This document shows, piece after piece, positions 18,341-27,551 of a DNA stretch of 64,000 bases. How positions within the stretch are numbered: position 1 is the stretch's first letter; every line of letters starts with the position of its first letter. The notes beneath the pieces are model-generated. The model searched no databases and was not told where the DNA came from. It saw nothing but the letters and a program-made list of their open reading frames with translations. A program made the translations under genes and the position numbers. The DNA is from Candidatus Uhrbacteria bacterium (GTDB lineage: Bacteria > Patescibacteriota > Patescibacteriia > UBA9934 > GWF2-40-263), in NCBI GenBank assembly GCA_026395055.1, contig JAPLZK010000003.1, positions 99,855-163,854 on the forward strand, in the 5' to 3' direction.

Positions 18341-19816
18341 TTACGCAGACAATGCTTTTTTACGAAGGGCTCCGAGGTCCAGTTCATTATTGAATGAAAT
18401 AGATTTGAGAAACTCCGTGTCGTGACTGACCACAATCATGGCTCCCTTATAATTCTGTAAGGCTTGCGCAATGACTGGCAAGTGACGGAAGTTCACATGG
18501 TTTGTTGGCTCGTCCAAGATCAACAGGTTTGGTTTTTGAATGACGAATCGGGCGAAACAGAGAAGGGCTTTTTGTCCTTCCGAGAGGGAGCCAACGCGGT
18601 TTTGCATGGTTTCTCCTCGGAGAAGAAAACGACCAGCCGTTCCGTAAACCGTTTCGTCATCTCCGACCGCCATGACAGACTTCAGGGATTCAAACGTTGT
18701 TTGTGAGAAATCTAATCCAGAAAAATCTTGTTCGTAATATCCAATGATAACGTCAGCTGGAATGAGAACGCCTTCTTCTGTTCTGGTTGCAAGACGTTTC
18801 AGAAGTGTGGTCTTTCCAATTCCGTTCGGTCCTTTCAAGAGTAATCGATCGCCACGACGGAGTTTGAGGTTCACCGGACAATGAATGGCTTCACCTTGAT
18901 TCCAGACACCAACGGAAGAAACATCACAAATTGCGTCTTTGTATTCTGTTGCTTCAATGTCGAAACGTACGATGGTTTTATCATCTTGTTTCACGTCCAC
19001 CATGTTTGATTCGTCTTCTTCGATTTCTTCTTTCAGCTTTGCGGCAAGCTTACGCATTTTTCCTCCTTTGTTGGCAAAGAAGTTTACCTTTTCTTTTCTG
19101 TCCTGAATATTTTTAAGAAGCTGTGCGTTCTTTCGTTCTTCTGCATCAATACGAGCTTTGATCTGTTCTGTCACGTCGTAATAGTCTCCTTGGTATGCGT
19201 CAACTTCTTGTTTTTGCGCATCGAGATATAACACGGAGTCTGTAAACGTGTTTAAGAAATCTGCATCGTGAGAAATGACGATAACGGTTTTCTCATACAT
19301 CATGAGGAACGTAATGAGGTGACCAATTCCGTCTTCGTCCAAATTGTTGGTAGGCTCGTCGAGCAAAAGAATGTCTGGCTTTTGGATGAGGGCGTAGGCA
19401 AGAAGTAATCGAGCTTGTTGTCCGCCAGAAAGACGATTGAGGGTGATTTTGTGATCAAGCGGATAGTTTACTGCCTCAAGAGCTTGATCAATAAGTAATG
19501 GAAGGTTGCGTGGTCGTTCTGCAAAAGCGGTTGCAAAGTAATCCTCGACGGTTAACTCGAGATACGCACGATCCATGACTTGTTTTGCAATTCCAATTTT
19601 TGCTCCCTGCTTTAAGTGAATTTCTCCCTTAACCGGCTTTGCGTCGCCCATGATCAAATGAAAGATGGTGGATTTTCCGGCACCGTTTTGTCCCATGAGC
19701 GTAACTTTTGCGTTTTCACGAATAGAAAAATTCACGTCTTTGAGAAGCGTGTTTTTATCATGATATCCAAATGTGACATTTTGGAATCGAACAATGACGT
19801 TACCGTGTTCTGCCAT
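18341..19816 (-). CDS. ABC-F family ATPase (second copy)
   Basis: two Walker A (GQNGAGKST, GPNGIGKTT), two LSGG/LSEGQ signatures, no TM. Confidence 0.85.
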   Translation of the reverse strand: MAEHGNVIVRFQNVTFGYHDKNTLLKDVNFSIRENAKVTLMGQNGAGKSTIFHLIMGDAKPVKGEIHLKQGAKIGIAKQVMDRAYLELTVEDYFATAFAERPRNLPLLIDQALEAVNYPLDHKITLNRLSGGQQARLLLAYALIQKPDILLLDEPTNNLDEDGIGHLITFLMMYEKTVIVISHDADFLNTFTDSVLYLDAQKQEVDAYQGDYYDVTEQIKARIDAEERKNAQLLKNIQDRKEKVNFFANKGGKMRKLAAKLKEEIEEDESNMVDVKQDDKTIVRFDIEATEYKDAICDVSSVGVWNQGEAIHCPVNLKLRRGDRLLLKGPNGIGKTTLLKRLATRTEEGVLIPADVIIGYYEQDFSGLDFSQTTFESLKSVMAVGDDETVYGTAGRFLLRGETMQNRVGSLSEGQKALLCFARFVIQKPNLLILDEPTNHVNFRHLPVIAQALQNYKGAMIVVSHDTEFLKSISFNNELDLGALRKKALSA

Positions 19817-19848
19817 AGGTTTGTAGGGAAGGGTCGTGACCCTTCCGC
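19817..19848 (-). promoter_or_regulatory. conserved 5'-UTR stem-loop (minus strand GGAAGGGTCACGACCCTTCC + CTACAAAC) abutting ABC-F 2 start
   Basis: near-identical to element at 13125..13152 upstream of rluB. Confidence 0.4.
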
Positions 19849-19867
19849 TTAGAAGATTTGTATTTAA

Positions 19868-19895
19868 ATTCGTTCGAAGTATAACGGAATTCAGC
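19868..19895 (-). promoter_or_regulatory. sigma70-like promoter for ABC-F 2 (minus strand TTGACT-16-TATACT)
   Basis: read on minus strand: cattgacttttcgctgaattccgttatact. Confidence 0.4.
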
Positions 19896-19936
19896 GAAAA
19901 GTCAATGATTGCAGAGAAACAAAAACACAGCCTTTG

Positions 19937-20920
19937 TTAGACTGCGTAAAGAAGTTGAATTTCTGGTCCGTACGTCAATGTGAGTGTTCGAAGTGGTAGT
20001 GCGTCATCCATTGGCGTTGGCCATTTGTGGAGATCACCATCTAAGAGAAGACGAGGATCTTTTGTCTTGATTTCAACACGTTTGGCGTTATCGTTGAACG
20101 TGTGAAGGTCTGTAAGTGGGGAAGCCCAGCCGTTCCAAATCATGGGAACGCTTGCTGCGAGTGCAGCGAAATTACCCCAGTAAACGTAAAGCGGAAACGA
20201 ATCAGTTCCAGGACTCTTGAGAAATGGACGACATTTTGGCAAAAACTCCGGAACTGTTGCTGCCATGAAGGCCGCATATTGGTCAAAGCCAAGCATATTG
20301 CCGTCGATCGCAACCTTCCCATCAATGGGTTTGATGCGTCCGTGCCGTCCCTGAATCATGTTTTTGGCAAAGTCGCCAATAACCGTTCCAATTAGTTTCA
20401 GGACATCAAAGAGATCTCCTTTGCCAGCTTCTTCATACCATTCAACAAAATCACAAAGGATTCCATTTCCGATCACTGCGCCGTAACGGCGCTCGCCTGA
20501 AAGTGAATCGGTGACACAGACGGGGCGCCATGCCTTTGCCTTGAGCGTGACGCGTCCTGAATCGATGGCGGCAAGATTGACCGCAGGGTCTGTGCTTTTC
20601 AGCCCAACGAACTTACACATGAAGTTGAATTGTCCGCCGCCGACAGGAATCAGTTTAGGACGTTTTTCAACGGGCTGTGTGAGCGCCCAGTTCAACATTT
20701 GATTGAATGTACCGTCTCCGCCAACCACGTAGACTTTTGTGTTCGTAAGCGACTTCTGTGATTTTGCAATCAGCTCAAGGGCTTCGATCACATCCGCCAC
20801 AGTGTCTGCCTCAACGATGGTGCGTTTTCTGCGTCTGATAATTGAGATCAATCGTGCTCGAAGGGTTTTGTCTACGCGTAAACTTCTTGCGTATTGGTTC
20901 ATGATGACAATGTCGTTCAC
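19937..20920 (-). CDS. diacylglycerol/lipid kinase catalytic-domain protein (YegS/DAGK family)
   Basis: YVVGGDGTFNQM nucleotide-binding motif. Confidence 0.7.
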   Translation of the reverse strand: MNDIVIMNQYARSLRVDKTLRARLISIIRRRKRTIVEADTVADVIEALELIAKSQKSLTNTKVYVVGGDGTFNQMLNWALTQPVEKRPKLIPVGGGQFNFMCKFVGLKSTDPAVNLAAIDSGRVTLKAKAWRPVCVTDSLSGERRYGAVIGNGILCDFVEWYEEAGKGDLFDVLKLIGTVIGDFAKNMIQGRHGRIKPIDGKVAIDGNMLGFDQYAAFMAATVPEFLPKCRPFLKSPGTDSFPLYVYWGNFAALAASVPMIWNGWASPLTDLHTFNDNAKRVEIKTKDPRLLLDGDLHKWPTPMDDALPLRTLTLTYGPEIQLLYAV

Positions 20921-20975
20921 GTGTGTCTCCTTCAGGAAAGAACTGGTGAGAGGTTAGGTGTTTTTTGTGAATATG

Positions 20976-21461
20976 TCAATGGCGAGGTGCAGGGCAAATA
21001 TCAATTCCGCCATGTTTTTCAACATAGTTTTGATGGTACTCTTCTGCTGGATAAAATGTTTTTGCTGGGACAATCTCGGTTGCGATGGGGTTTTGAAAGA
21101 GGTGTGTATGCTCGAGTGTGTGCCGAGATGATTCCGCGACTTGTTTTTGATCCTCGTTGTGAAAAAAAATAACGGATCTGTATTGAGAACCTACATCAGG
21201 ACCTTGGCGATTCACTTGTGTTGGGTCATGAAGCTTCCAGAATGCGTCCACAAGTTCTGAATACGAAATGTGTTCAGGGTCAAATACAACCTCAACGGCT
21301 TCTGCATGACCCGTGTTTCCACGACAGACATTTTCGTACGTTGGATTCTCGAGCGTCCCGCCGGTATAACCCGCTCGCGTTGAGACGACGCCGGGAAGTG
21401 CATTAAAAATATATTGCACATGCCAAAAACATCCGGCGGCGAAGGTGGCGAGAGAAGTCAT
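20976..21461 (-). CDS. msrA: peptide methionine sulfoxide reductase MsrA
   Basis: ORF 21515 trimmed to Met19; ATFAAGCFWHVQ active site. Confidence 0.85.
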   Translation of the reverse strand: MTSLATFAAGCFWHVQYIFNALPGVVSTRAGYTGGTLENPTYENVCRGNTGHAEAVEVVFDPEHISYSELVDAFWKLHDPTQVNRQGPDVGSQYRSVIFFHNEDQKQVAESSRHTLEHTHLFQNPIATEIVPAKTFYPAEEYHQNYVEKHGGIDICPAPRH

Positions 21462-21462
21462 A

Positions 21463-21547
21463 TCAAGAAGTCGAGTAGTCAAGTTTATTAATCCTGAGTA
21501 AAATAATCGTAGCATTTTTTCTTTAACTCAACTACTCGACTTCTTGA
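21463..21547. promoter_or_regulatory. 17-bp perfect inverted repeat TCAAGAAGTCGAGTAGT ... ACTACTCGACTTCTTGA bracketing the msrA/msrB divergent start region
   Basis: arms at ~21463-21479 and ~21531-21547, 51-bp AT-rich spacer; each arm lies within 10 bp of one start codon. Confidence 0.45.
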
Positions 21548-21554
21548 CTCCTCG

Positions 21555-21941
21555 ATGACTCATATGTCCCAACCTCTCAATCAAAACCTTACACCTGAAC
21601 AAAAGAATATTTGTTTCTTGAAAGGGACAGAGCCGCCATTCTCGGGCAAGTATGTGGACTTCCATGAGAACGGAATGTTTACCTGCGTGAATTGTGGACA
21701 GACGCTTTTTTCCTCGAGTACAAAGTTTGATTCCGGTTCTGGTTGGCCAAGTTTTTCAGATATTGGGGATCAAGGGCATGTGAAATTGTCGGATGACACC
21801 TCAATTGGCATGCATCGAACAGAAGTAACGTGTGCGAATTGCGGAGCTCATCTCGGGCACGTGTTTGATGATGGGCCAACGCCAACAAGAAAGCGTTATT
21901 GTATCAATTCACTCGCGCTCGATTTTAAAAAGAAGGAATAA
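21555..21941 (+). CDS. msrB: peptide methionine-R-sulfoxide reductase MsrB
   Basis: two CxxC zinc motifs (CVNCGQ, CANCGAH) and RTEVTC active-site region. Confidence 0.85.
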   Translation: MTHMSQPLNQNLTPEQKNICFLKGTEPPFSGKYVDFHENGMFTCVNCGQTLFSSSTKFDSGSGWPSFSDIGDQGHVKLSDDTSIGMHRTEVTCANCGAHLGHVFDDGPTPTRKRYCINSLALDFKKKE

Positions 21942-21947
21942 AACAAA

Positions 21948-21977
21948 ATCCTCAAGCGTGTGCTTGAGGATTTTTTG
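21948..21977. terminator. bidirectional intrinsic terminator (msrB / DEAD-box helicase)
   Basis: ATCCTCAAGC-GTGT-GCTTGAGGAT followed by TTTTTTG. Confidence 0.6.
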
Positions 21978-23486
21978 TTATCCATGATTCATTGGTCTTG
22001 GATTGTGACCTTGATACCCTTGGCCACCGCCTTGGCGCTTTCGGTCGAAAGGCTTTGAAGCGGTACGTGATTGACTAGAGGTAGTTGATGGACTAGATGA
22101 TGAAGCGCCATCCTTTTTGATATCTTTGTATTGGAATACTTTTTCTTTTGGTTTTCCGCCGTAGGAGCTGTCTTTGGATTTTCCGTAAGAGTTTCCTCCA
22201 CGTGAAGTTCCGTAAGAGCCTCCCTGCCTGCCGGCAGGCGAGGCGCTGCGTGATCCACCTCCGCTGCCGTATCCGCCGCTGCGTCCACCTTTTTGATAAG
22301 ATCCACGACCTCCGCGACGATCATCGCGTTCTGGTTCGTAAACTGGTGCTGCACGGTGAGCGGGTAATTCTGGAAGAGGGGAAACGTTAATCTTTGTACG
22401 AATCAAGCGTTCAATGATTTGCAAATCACGCTTTTGATCTGGTGTTGCAAACGAAATAGCTTTTCCGGTTCGTCCTGCGCGACCTGTTCGACCAATACGG
22501 TGAACGTAATCTTCCGCTTGGTCTGGCAAATCAAAGTTGATAACGAGTTCAATATTTGTGACGTCAATTCCGCGAGATGCAATGTCTGTTGCAACGAGGA
22601 CGCGCGTTCTTCCAGATTTAAATCCAGCGAGCGCCATCTTGCGTTGGTTCAAAGATTTGTTTGAGTGAATTTCGGAAACGGTATGTCCCATTTTCTCAAT
22701 CACGGTTGTGATCTTTTTTGCGCCGTGTTTTGTTCGGCTAAAGACCAAAACAGATCCTTTATAATCGCTAAGTATTTTATCAAGGAGACGCAACTTGTCG
22801 CCTTTTCCAACCATGAAGAATTCTTGTTCCACGTTTGCGTTCGCTGTTCCTTGGCGAGCCATTTCAATACGAAGTGGCTTTTTCATGTATTTTTCTGCGA
22901 TTTGAGAAATCTTTTCTGGCATGGTTGCAGAGAACAACATGGTTTGGCGTTCTTTTGGTACTGCCGCAAGAATCTTTTTGATTTGTGGTTCAAATCCCAT
23001 GTCGAGCATTCGATCTGCTTCATCAAGGACCAAAACTTTTACGTTTTGCAAACCAAGAATTTTTTGCTCCATGTGATCAAGTAAACGACCTGGAGTTGCA
23101 ACAATAACATGTGGCTTATTGCGAAGTGCTTTGATCTGCAAACTCATGGCAGCTCCACCAATAAGAACAGCGGTTCTGAGACCAAATGGTTTTGAAAGCT
23201 TTTGAAGGGTTTCTTCAACTTGAAGCGCAAGTTCACGTGTAGGAAGCAAAATAAGCCCCTGACCTTTGTTCACGGAAATTTGCTGCATCATTGGAATAGA
23301 AAACGCAAGTGTTTTTCCGGTTCCTGTTTGGGCGATTCCGATAAGGTCTTCACCTGTTACTCCGATTGGAATCGCTTTTTCTTGAATAGGGGTTGGATTG
23401 TGAAATCCAAGTTTACTCAAGTGGGTAAGAAGATCTGGAAAGATCCCGAGTCCGTCAAAAGACGGTTTTTTTTCTGTCTCTGTCAT
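21978..23486 (-). CDS. DEAD-box ATP-dependent RNA helicase with Gly/Arg/Ser-rich C-terminal tail
   Basis: Q-motif, AQTGTGKT, PTRELA, DEAD, SAT, HRIGRTGRAG; ~120-aa RGG/GS low-complexity tail. Confidence 0.85.
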   Translation of the reverse strand: MTETEKKPSFDGLGIFPDLLTHLSKLGFHNPTPIQEKAIPIGVTGEDLIGIAQTGTGKTLAFSIPMMQQISVNKGQGLILLPTRELALQVEETLQKLSKPFGLRTAVLIGGAAMSLQIKALRNKPHVIVATPGRLLDHMEQKILGLQNVKVLVLDEADRMLDMGFEPQIKKILAAVPKERQTMLFSATMPEKISQIAEKYMKKPLRIEMARQGTANANVEQEFFMVGKGDKLRLLDKILSDYKGSVLVFSRTKHGAKKITTVIEKMGHTVSEIHSNKSLNQRKMALAGFKSGRTRVLVATDIASRGIDVTNIELVINFDLPDQAEDYVHRIGRTGRAGRTGKAISFATPDQKRDLQIIERLIRTKINVSPLPELPAHRAAPVYEPERDDRRGGRGSYQKGGRSGGYGSGGGSRSASPAGRQGGSYGTSRGGNSYGKSKDSSYGGKPKEKVFQYKDIKKDGASSSSPSTTSSQSRTASKPFDRKRQGGGQGYQGHNPRPMNHG

Positions 23487-23763
23487 AAGATAAGGCAGCC
23501 AAAGACGCTTATGGAAACCAAAAGGTGACCAAAGGCCATGGAAGCGTTAAAAAAATTACGACCCGTTTTTCCATCAGGTCGTAATACAGACAAGAGGCCA
23601 CGAGTCATGCTCGAATGATGTCGAGCGAAATTATGTTGAAAGACTATCAGGAAAAGCCCGCTCTGTCAATGAATCGAGGTGAATCCAGAGTAATCATTGA
23701 CATTATGCGCCTTTTGACGTAGGTTCATCTCTTCATCATTGGTGGTGAAGACGTGAGGAACAT

Positions 23764-24153
23764 ATGAAAAAGGCTTGGATTGCTGGTGCGATTGTTCTCA
23801 TCACTGCGGGCGTGAGCCTGTGGAGCTATAATAAAGCGGTCGGACTCGCAGTATTTGTGGGCTCCAAGGCGGATGCCGAGGAGAATTTGGCAACGTACGC
23901 GAAGGACATGAACGTCAAAGTGGTGGGCAAGAGCTGCGCGGAGACGGATTCGGATGGAGATCACTACATTTCCTGCACGGCACGTTTTCAGGAAACCGAT
24001 GGCGGACCTGTGACGGAGCGCTATCTCGAATGTGGTTCTGGCGCATGGGGTGCGCGTACGGGCGGGTGTAAGCCCAAGCTTGGCGCTTACCCAATGATGC
24101 CTGCTCCCGCAGCGGTTGCTCCGGCACCTGTGCCGCCATCCGCGCAGAAGTAA
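23764..24153 (+). CDS. small Cys-rich exported protein, paralog A (TM-anchored), DSDGD motif
   Basis: N-terminal TM; C-x12-C-x18-C-x11-C pattern with TDSDGDHYISC; paralogous to 24592..24939. Confidence 0.5.
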   Translation: MKKAWIAGAIVLITAGVSLWSYNKAVGLAVFVGSKADAEENLATYAKDMNVKVVGKSCAETDSDGDHYISCTARFQETDGGPVTERYLECGSGAWGARTGGCKPKLGAYPMMPAPAAVAPAPVPPSAQK

Positions 24154-24156
24154 GTC

Positions 24157-24462
24157 ATGAGAAGTCTCGTCATTTTTCTTCTCGTTCTCGTAAGTTGCGG
24201 AAAACCTCGGTCTTCGAATGAAACCGCCCATTCAAATATTCACCGTTACGTTCATGGGACCCATCTGCAGATCAACATGATCAACTGTAATGAAGAAGGT
24301 CCAACGAACGATGATCATGTTTACTGTGTTGCGATGGTTCGCGATGAAATCGAAGGAAGCGAATCTGAGGTTCATCTCAAATGTGATCAGACACGCATGG
24401 TCGGATCCAAATATCGTCAACGCCACGAATCAACGGGCTGCGTTCTCAATATGCCGCCTTAG
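24157..24462 (+). CDS. small Cys-rich lipoprotein, divergent paralog B
   Basis: signal peptide with lipobox LVSC; same C-x12-C-x18-C spacing as neighbours. Confidence 0.45.
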   Translation: MRSLVIFLLVLVSCGKPRSSNETAHSNIHRYVHGTHLQINMINCNEEGPTNDDHVYCVAMVRDEIEGSESEVHLKCDQTRMVGSKYRQRHESTGCVLNMPP

Positions 24463-24471
24463 TCTTTCTCA

Positions 24472-24498
24472 ATCGAGCAGATGCTCGATTTTTTGTTT
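24472..24498 (+). terminator. intrinsic terminator after paralog B
   Basis: ATCGAGCA-GA-TGCTCGAT followed by TTTTTTG. Confidence 0.5.
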
Positions 24499-24504
24499 GA
24501 TCTC

Positions 24505-24533
24505 TTGACAATTTGGGATATTTCAGGTATATT
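24505..24533 (+). promoter_or_regulatory. sigma70-like promoter (TTGACA-17-TATATT) for pilin-like gene
   Basis: consensus -35, 17-bp spacer, -10 TATATT; AGGAGG SD 5 nt before GTG start. Confidence 0.5.
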
Positions 24534-24591
24534 CCGACGTCTGAATCGTGAGCAGTTTGCGAGGAGGACGTGGTTTTTTCAGGAGGTTCCC

Positions 24592-24939
24592 GTGAAGAAA
24601 GGTTTTACGCTGATCGAACTCATGATCGTTCTTGCGATCATCTCAATCCTTGCAGTCGTGGTGGGTGGCATGTTCCGTGGCTGTTCGGCTGTTTCCGGTA
24701 GCAAGCAGGAGGCCATGGCCACCATGCGCACCTACGCGACGGAAATGGGTTGGAAGATGGTTGGTGGCACGTGTGCCGACACCGATTCCGACGGTGACGG
24801 TTACATCAGCTGTACCATCAATGTCCAGGAAGTCGAAGGTGCGCCTCCGGTCGCAAAAGCCCTTCAGTGCGCTTCCGGCGCCGCGATTTCTCGTACGGGC
24901 GGCTGTAAGCTGGCCCAAGGTGTCTATCAGCAGCAGTAG
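24592..24939 (+). CDS. type IV pilin-like (prepilin N-terminal methylation motif) Cys-rich protein, paralog C
   Basis: GTG start after AGGAGG; KKGFTLIELMIVLAIISILA class III signal; C-terminal domain TDSDGDGYISC... paralogous to 23764 gene. Confidence 0.6.
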   Translation: MKKGFTLIELMIVLAIISILAVVVGGMFRGCSAVSGSKQEAMATMRTYATEMGWKMVGGTCADTDSDGDGYISCTINVQEVEGAPPVAKALQCASGAAISRTGGCKLAQGVYQQQ

Positions 24940-24971
24940 TTTCTCCGGCGATTCACTTCGCCAAACTCAAA

Positions 24972-24997
24972 ACGAGCTATCAGAGCTCGTTTTTTTC
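24972..24997. terminator. bidirectional intrinsic terminator (pilin-like / cfa)
   Basis: ACGAGCT-ATCAG-AGCTCGT flanked by A-run and T7. Confidence 0.6.
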
Positions 24998-24998
24998 T

Positions 24999-26117
24999 TT
25001 ATCGAATAGATTGATACCCACCAACAACGCCTTTTTTTGAAAGCACAATTTGCCACAACTGATTTCGTCGAGAGCGAAATGAAGCGGCGCATGTGAGGAG
25101 ATAAAATTTCCACATGCGGTAAAAACGTTCGCTGTATTGATCTTTTAGAAGTGGCCACGCGTTCTCAAAGTTCGCAAACCAATGCATGAGCGTCGTGTCG
25201 TAATCCGCACTGAAGTTGTGAATGTCTTCGATGATAAACAAGGGTTCAACGGTTTTTGTGATTTGCGCGAGCGAGGGAAGCATGGAGTTTGGAAAGATGT
25301 ATTTTTCTATCCATGGATCTGTTGATGTGACGGATTGTGTTGCACCAATTGTGTGAAGTAAAAAGAGTCCGTCATCTTTTAAACATCTGTTTGCAACTCG
25401 CATGTAGTCGCGATAATTTTTATATCCAACGTGTTCGAACATGCCAAGAGAAACAATGTGATCAAATTTTTCATCGACTTCACGGTAATCTTGATAGCGT
25501 AATTCAACATCTAGTCCCTCGCAAGATTTTTGTGCAAGGGCGAGTTGTTCTTGGGAAATGGTAATGCCGACTACATGCGCGCCATATTTTTCTGCGGCAA
25601 ATTTTGCAAAGCTGCCCCAACCACAGCCGATATCAAGAACACGATCACCAGCCTTTAATCCAATTTTTCGACAGACGAGATCTAGTTTTGCTTCTTGAGC
25701 AGAGTCAAGATCGGATGCATTTGGCCAGTATCCACAGGTATAGACCATTCGTTTGTCGAGCATGGCCTCATATAATTTATTTCCGACATCGTAATGCACT
25801 TCACCAACTTCGAATGCGCGTTTTTGCGATTGGCGATTGAGAAGAGATGATGCAAGCAAAAGCGCAATCTCTTTTCTGTTTTTTCGTAGTCTAGATTGAA
25901 CATCGATAGAAAAAATTCTGGTAATGAATTCGTCAATGGCTGCACATTCCCACCAGCCGTCCATGTAGCTTTCGCCGAGGCCAAGTGAACCTTGTGACAG
26001 AACACGGTTATAAAATCGTTCATTCAATACGTGAATATCCCAGGGATTATTTCCATTCATGGTAATTCCTGTTCCGAGAAGGAGTGTTTGAATTTGGGAT
26101 TGTGTTTTTGAAGACAT
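24999..26117 (-). CDS. cfa: cyclopropane-fatty-acyl-phospholipid synthase family SAM methyltransferase
   Basis: VLDIGCGWG SAM motif, CFA synthase-like length and C-terminal region. Confidence 0.8.
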   Translation of the reverse strand: MSSKTQSQIQTLLLGTGITMNGNNPWDIHVLNERFYNRVLSQGSLGLGESYMDGWWECAAIDEFITRIFSIDVQSRLRKNRKEIALLLASSLLNRQSQKRAFEVGEVHYDVGNKLYEAMLDKRMVYTCGYWPNASDLDSAQEAKLDLVCRKIGLKAGDRVLDIGCGWGSFAKFAAEKYGAHVVGITISQEQLALAQKSCEGLDVELRYQDYREVDEKFDHIVSLGMFEHVGYKNYRDYMRVANRCLKDDGLFLLHTIGATQSVTSTDPWIEKYIFPNSMLPSLAQITKTVEPLFIIEDIHNFSADYDTTLMHWFANFENAWPLLKDQYSERFYRMWKFYLLTCAASFRSRRNQLWQIVLSKKGVVGGYQSIR

Positions 26118-26211
26118 AAGAATGCTTAGTACAAGTACTCTAGCACATCTTGGCTAAATGCAACCATTCTAGGTAGAATACGATGTAATTGTTGAATGAA
26201 TAATTATTTAT

Positions 26212-27504
26212 ATGTCTTTATTTAAAAAAGAATTATTGAAAGAAGGAGACAATCGATCATTTTTGGTCGGACTCTTGGGTGGCGTCTGCGGAAGCGTTAT
26301 GACGTTTGTGCTTGTATTTATTGTCATGCACACAATGATCTCAAGATTTCAGCCGCTTTTTAACTCTGTCTCAAGACCAATTTCTTCGCTTCCCATGTTT
26401 GCAGGAACAAAAGAGTTGTCAAAGAATGTTTCAAAAAACGTAAAGCAATCACAAGACTCTGCAGGATTTCAGCACTCACCTGATGTGAGCGATATTGTGG
26501 CAAAGGTGAATCCAGCCGTTGTCTCTATTGTTATTTCAAAAGACGTTCCCGTCATGGAGCAATATTTTGTAAACCCGTTTGGAAGCAATAGCCCATTTGG
26601 AAATGTTCAAATTCCACAATACCGACAGCACGGTACACAATCCAAAGAGGTGGGGGGTGGTTCCGGGTTTATTATTTCCACAGATGGATACATTGTAAGT
26701 AATGCGCACGTCGTGAATGATCCAAATGCTAAGTACACCGTCTTTTTAAATGGGGGAAAAAAATATGACGCACAGGTAACGGCGTTAGACGACACGCTTG
26801 ATATCGCTCTTTTAAAAATTGATGCAAAAGATCTTCCGTACGTAGAATTTGGAAATTCAGATCAACTTAAGCTTGGGCAGTCCGTCATCGCAATCGGAAA
26901 TGCGCTCGGGGAATTTCGTAACACCGTCTCAACAGGCGTTGTCTCTGGTCTTGCTCGATCCATCACGGCACAAGACGGACAAGGTTCCGAGAATCTCGAC
27001 AATCTGATCCAAACGGATGCAGCTATTAATCCAGGAAACTCCGGTGGACCATTGTTGAATCTCGATGGCCAAGTTGTTGGGGTGGATGTGGCAATTGCAC
27101 AAGGTTCCGAGAACGTCGGATTTGCATTGCCAATCAACATGATTAAGTCCTCGATTGAATCCATGAAAACAAACGGACGAAGCATTCATCCATTCCTTGG
27201 CATCCGCTATATTCCAATCACGGCTGATTTGCAGAAACAAAATCATTTGAGTGTAGATTACGGAATCCTGGTTGTGCGCGGTGAACAACAAACGGACCTC
27301 GCCGTTGTTCCTGGTTCTCCAGCAAATAAGGCAGGAATTGTTGAATACGATATTATTTTAGAGGCAGATGGAAAAAAGATTGATGCTGATCATCCGCTCA
27401 CAACGCTCATGAGACAAAAGAAAGTGGGAGATCAACTTAAACTAAAAGTGGTCCACGGCGGAGTACAAAAGGATGTCGTGGTTACACTAGAGGAAGCAAA
27501 ATAA
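26212..27504 (+). CDS. htrA: HtrA/DegP family serine protease with PDZ domain
   Basis: N-terminal TM, catalytic H/D/S (GNSGGPLLN), C-terminal PDZ. Confidence 0.85.
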   Translation: MSLFKKELLKEGDNRSFLVGLLGGVCGSVMTFVLVFIVMHTMISRFQPLFNSVSRPISSLPMFAGTKELSKNVSKNVKQSQDSAGFQHSPDVSDIVAKVNPAVVSIVISKDVPVMEQYFVNPFGSNSPFGNVQIPQYRQHGTQSKEVGGGSGFIISTDGYIVSNAHVVNDPNAKYTVFLNGGKKYDAQVTALDDTLDIALLKIDAKDLPYVEFGNSDQLKLGQSVIAIGNALGEFRNTVSTGVVSGLARSITAQDGQGSENLDNLIQTDAAINPGNSGGPLLNLDGQVVGVDVAIAQGSENVGFALPINMIKSSIESMKTNGRSIHPFLGIRYIPITADLQKQNHLSVDYGILVVRGEQQTDLAVVPGSPANKAGIVEYDIILEADGKKIDADHPLTTLMRQKKVGDQLKLKVVHGGVQKDVVVTLEEAK

Positions 27505-27507
27505 AAA

Positions 27508-27532
27508 CCTCCAGATCATGATGATCCGGAGG
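27508..27532 (-). terminator. intrinsic terminator for minus-strand phosphatidyltransferase gene (hairpin also follows htrA)
   Basis: 25-nt palindrome CCTCCAGATCAT-G-ATGATCCGGAGG with T-run on minus side. Confidence 0.45.
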
Positions 27533-27551
27533 TAAGAAGAGAAAAAGCGAG

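Noticed and set aside
23725-24231. 168-aa minus-strand ORF across the Cys-rich paralog genes
   Set aside because: Arg/His-rich antisense composition; + strand genes have signal peptides and a conserved Cys pattern.
27508-27532. 25-bp palindrome after htrA as a possible protein-binding site
   Set aside because: Position (immediately 3' of two convergent genes) and the flanking T/A runs fit an intrinsic terminator better.
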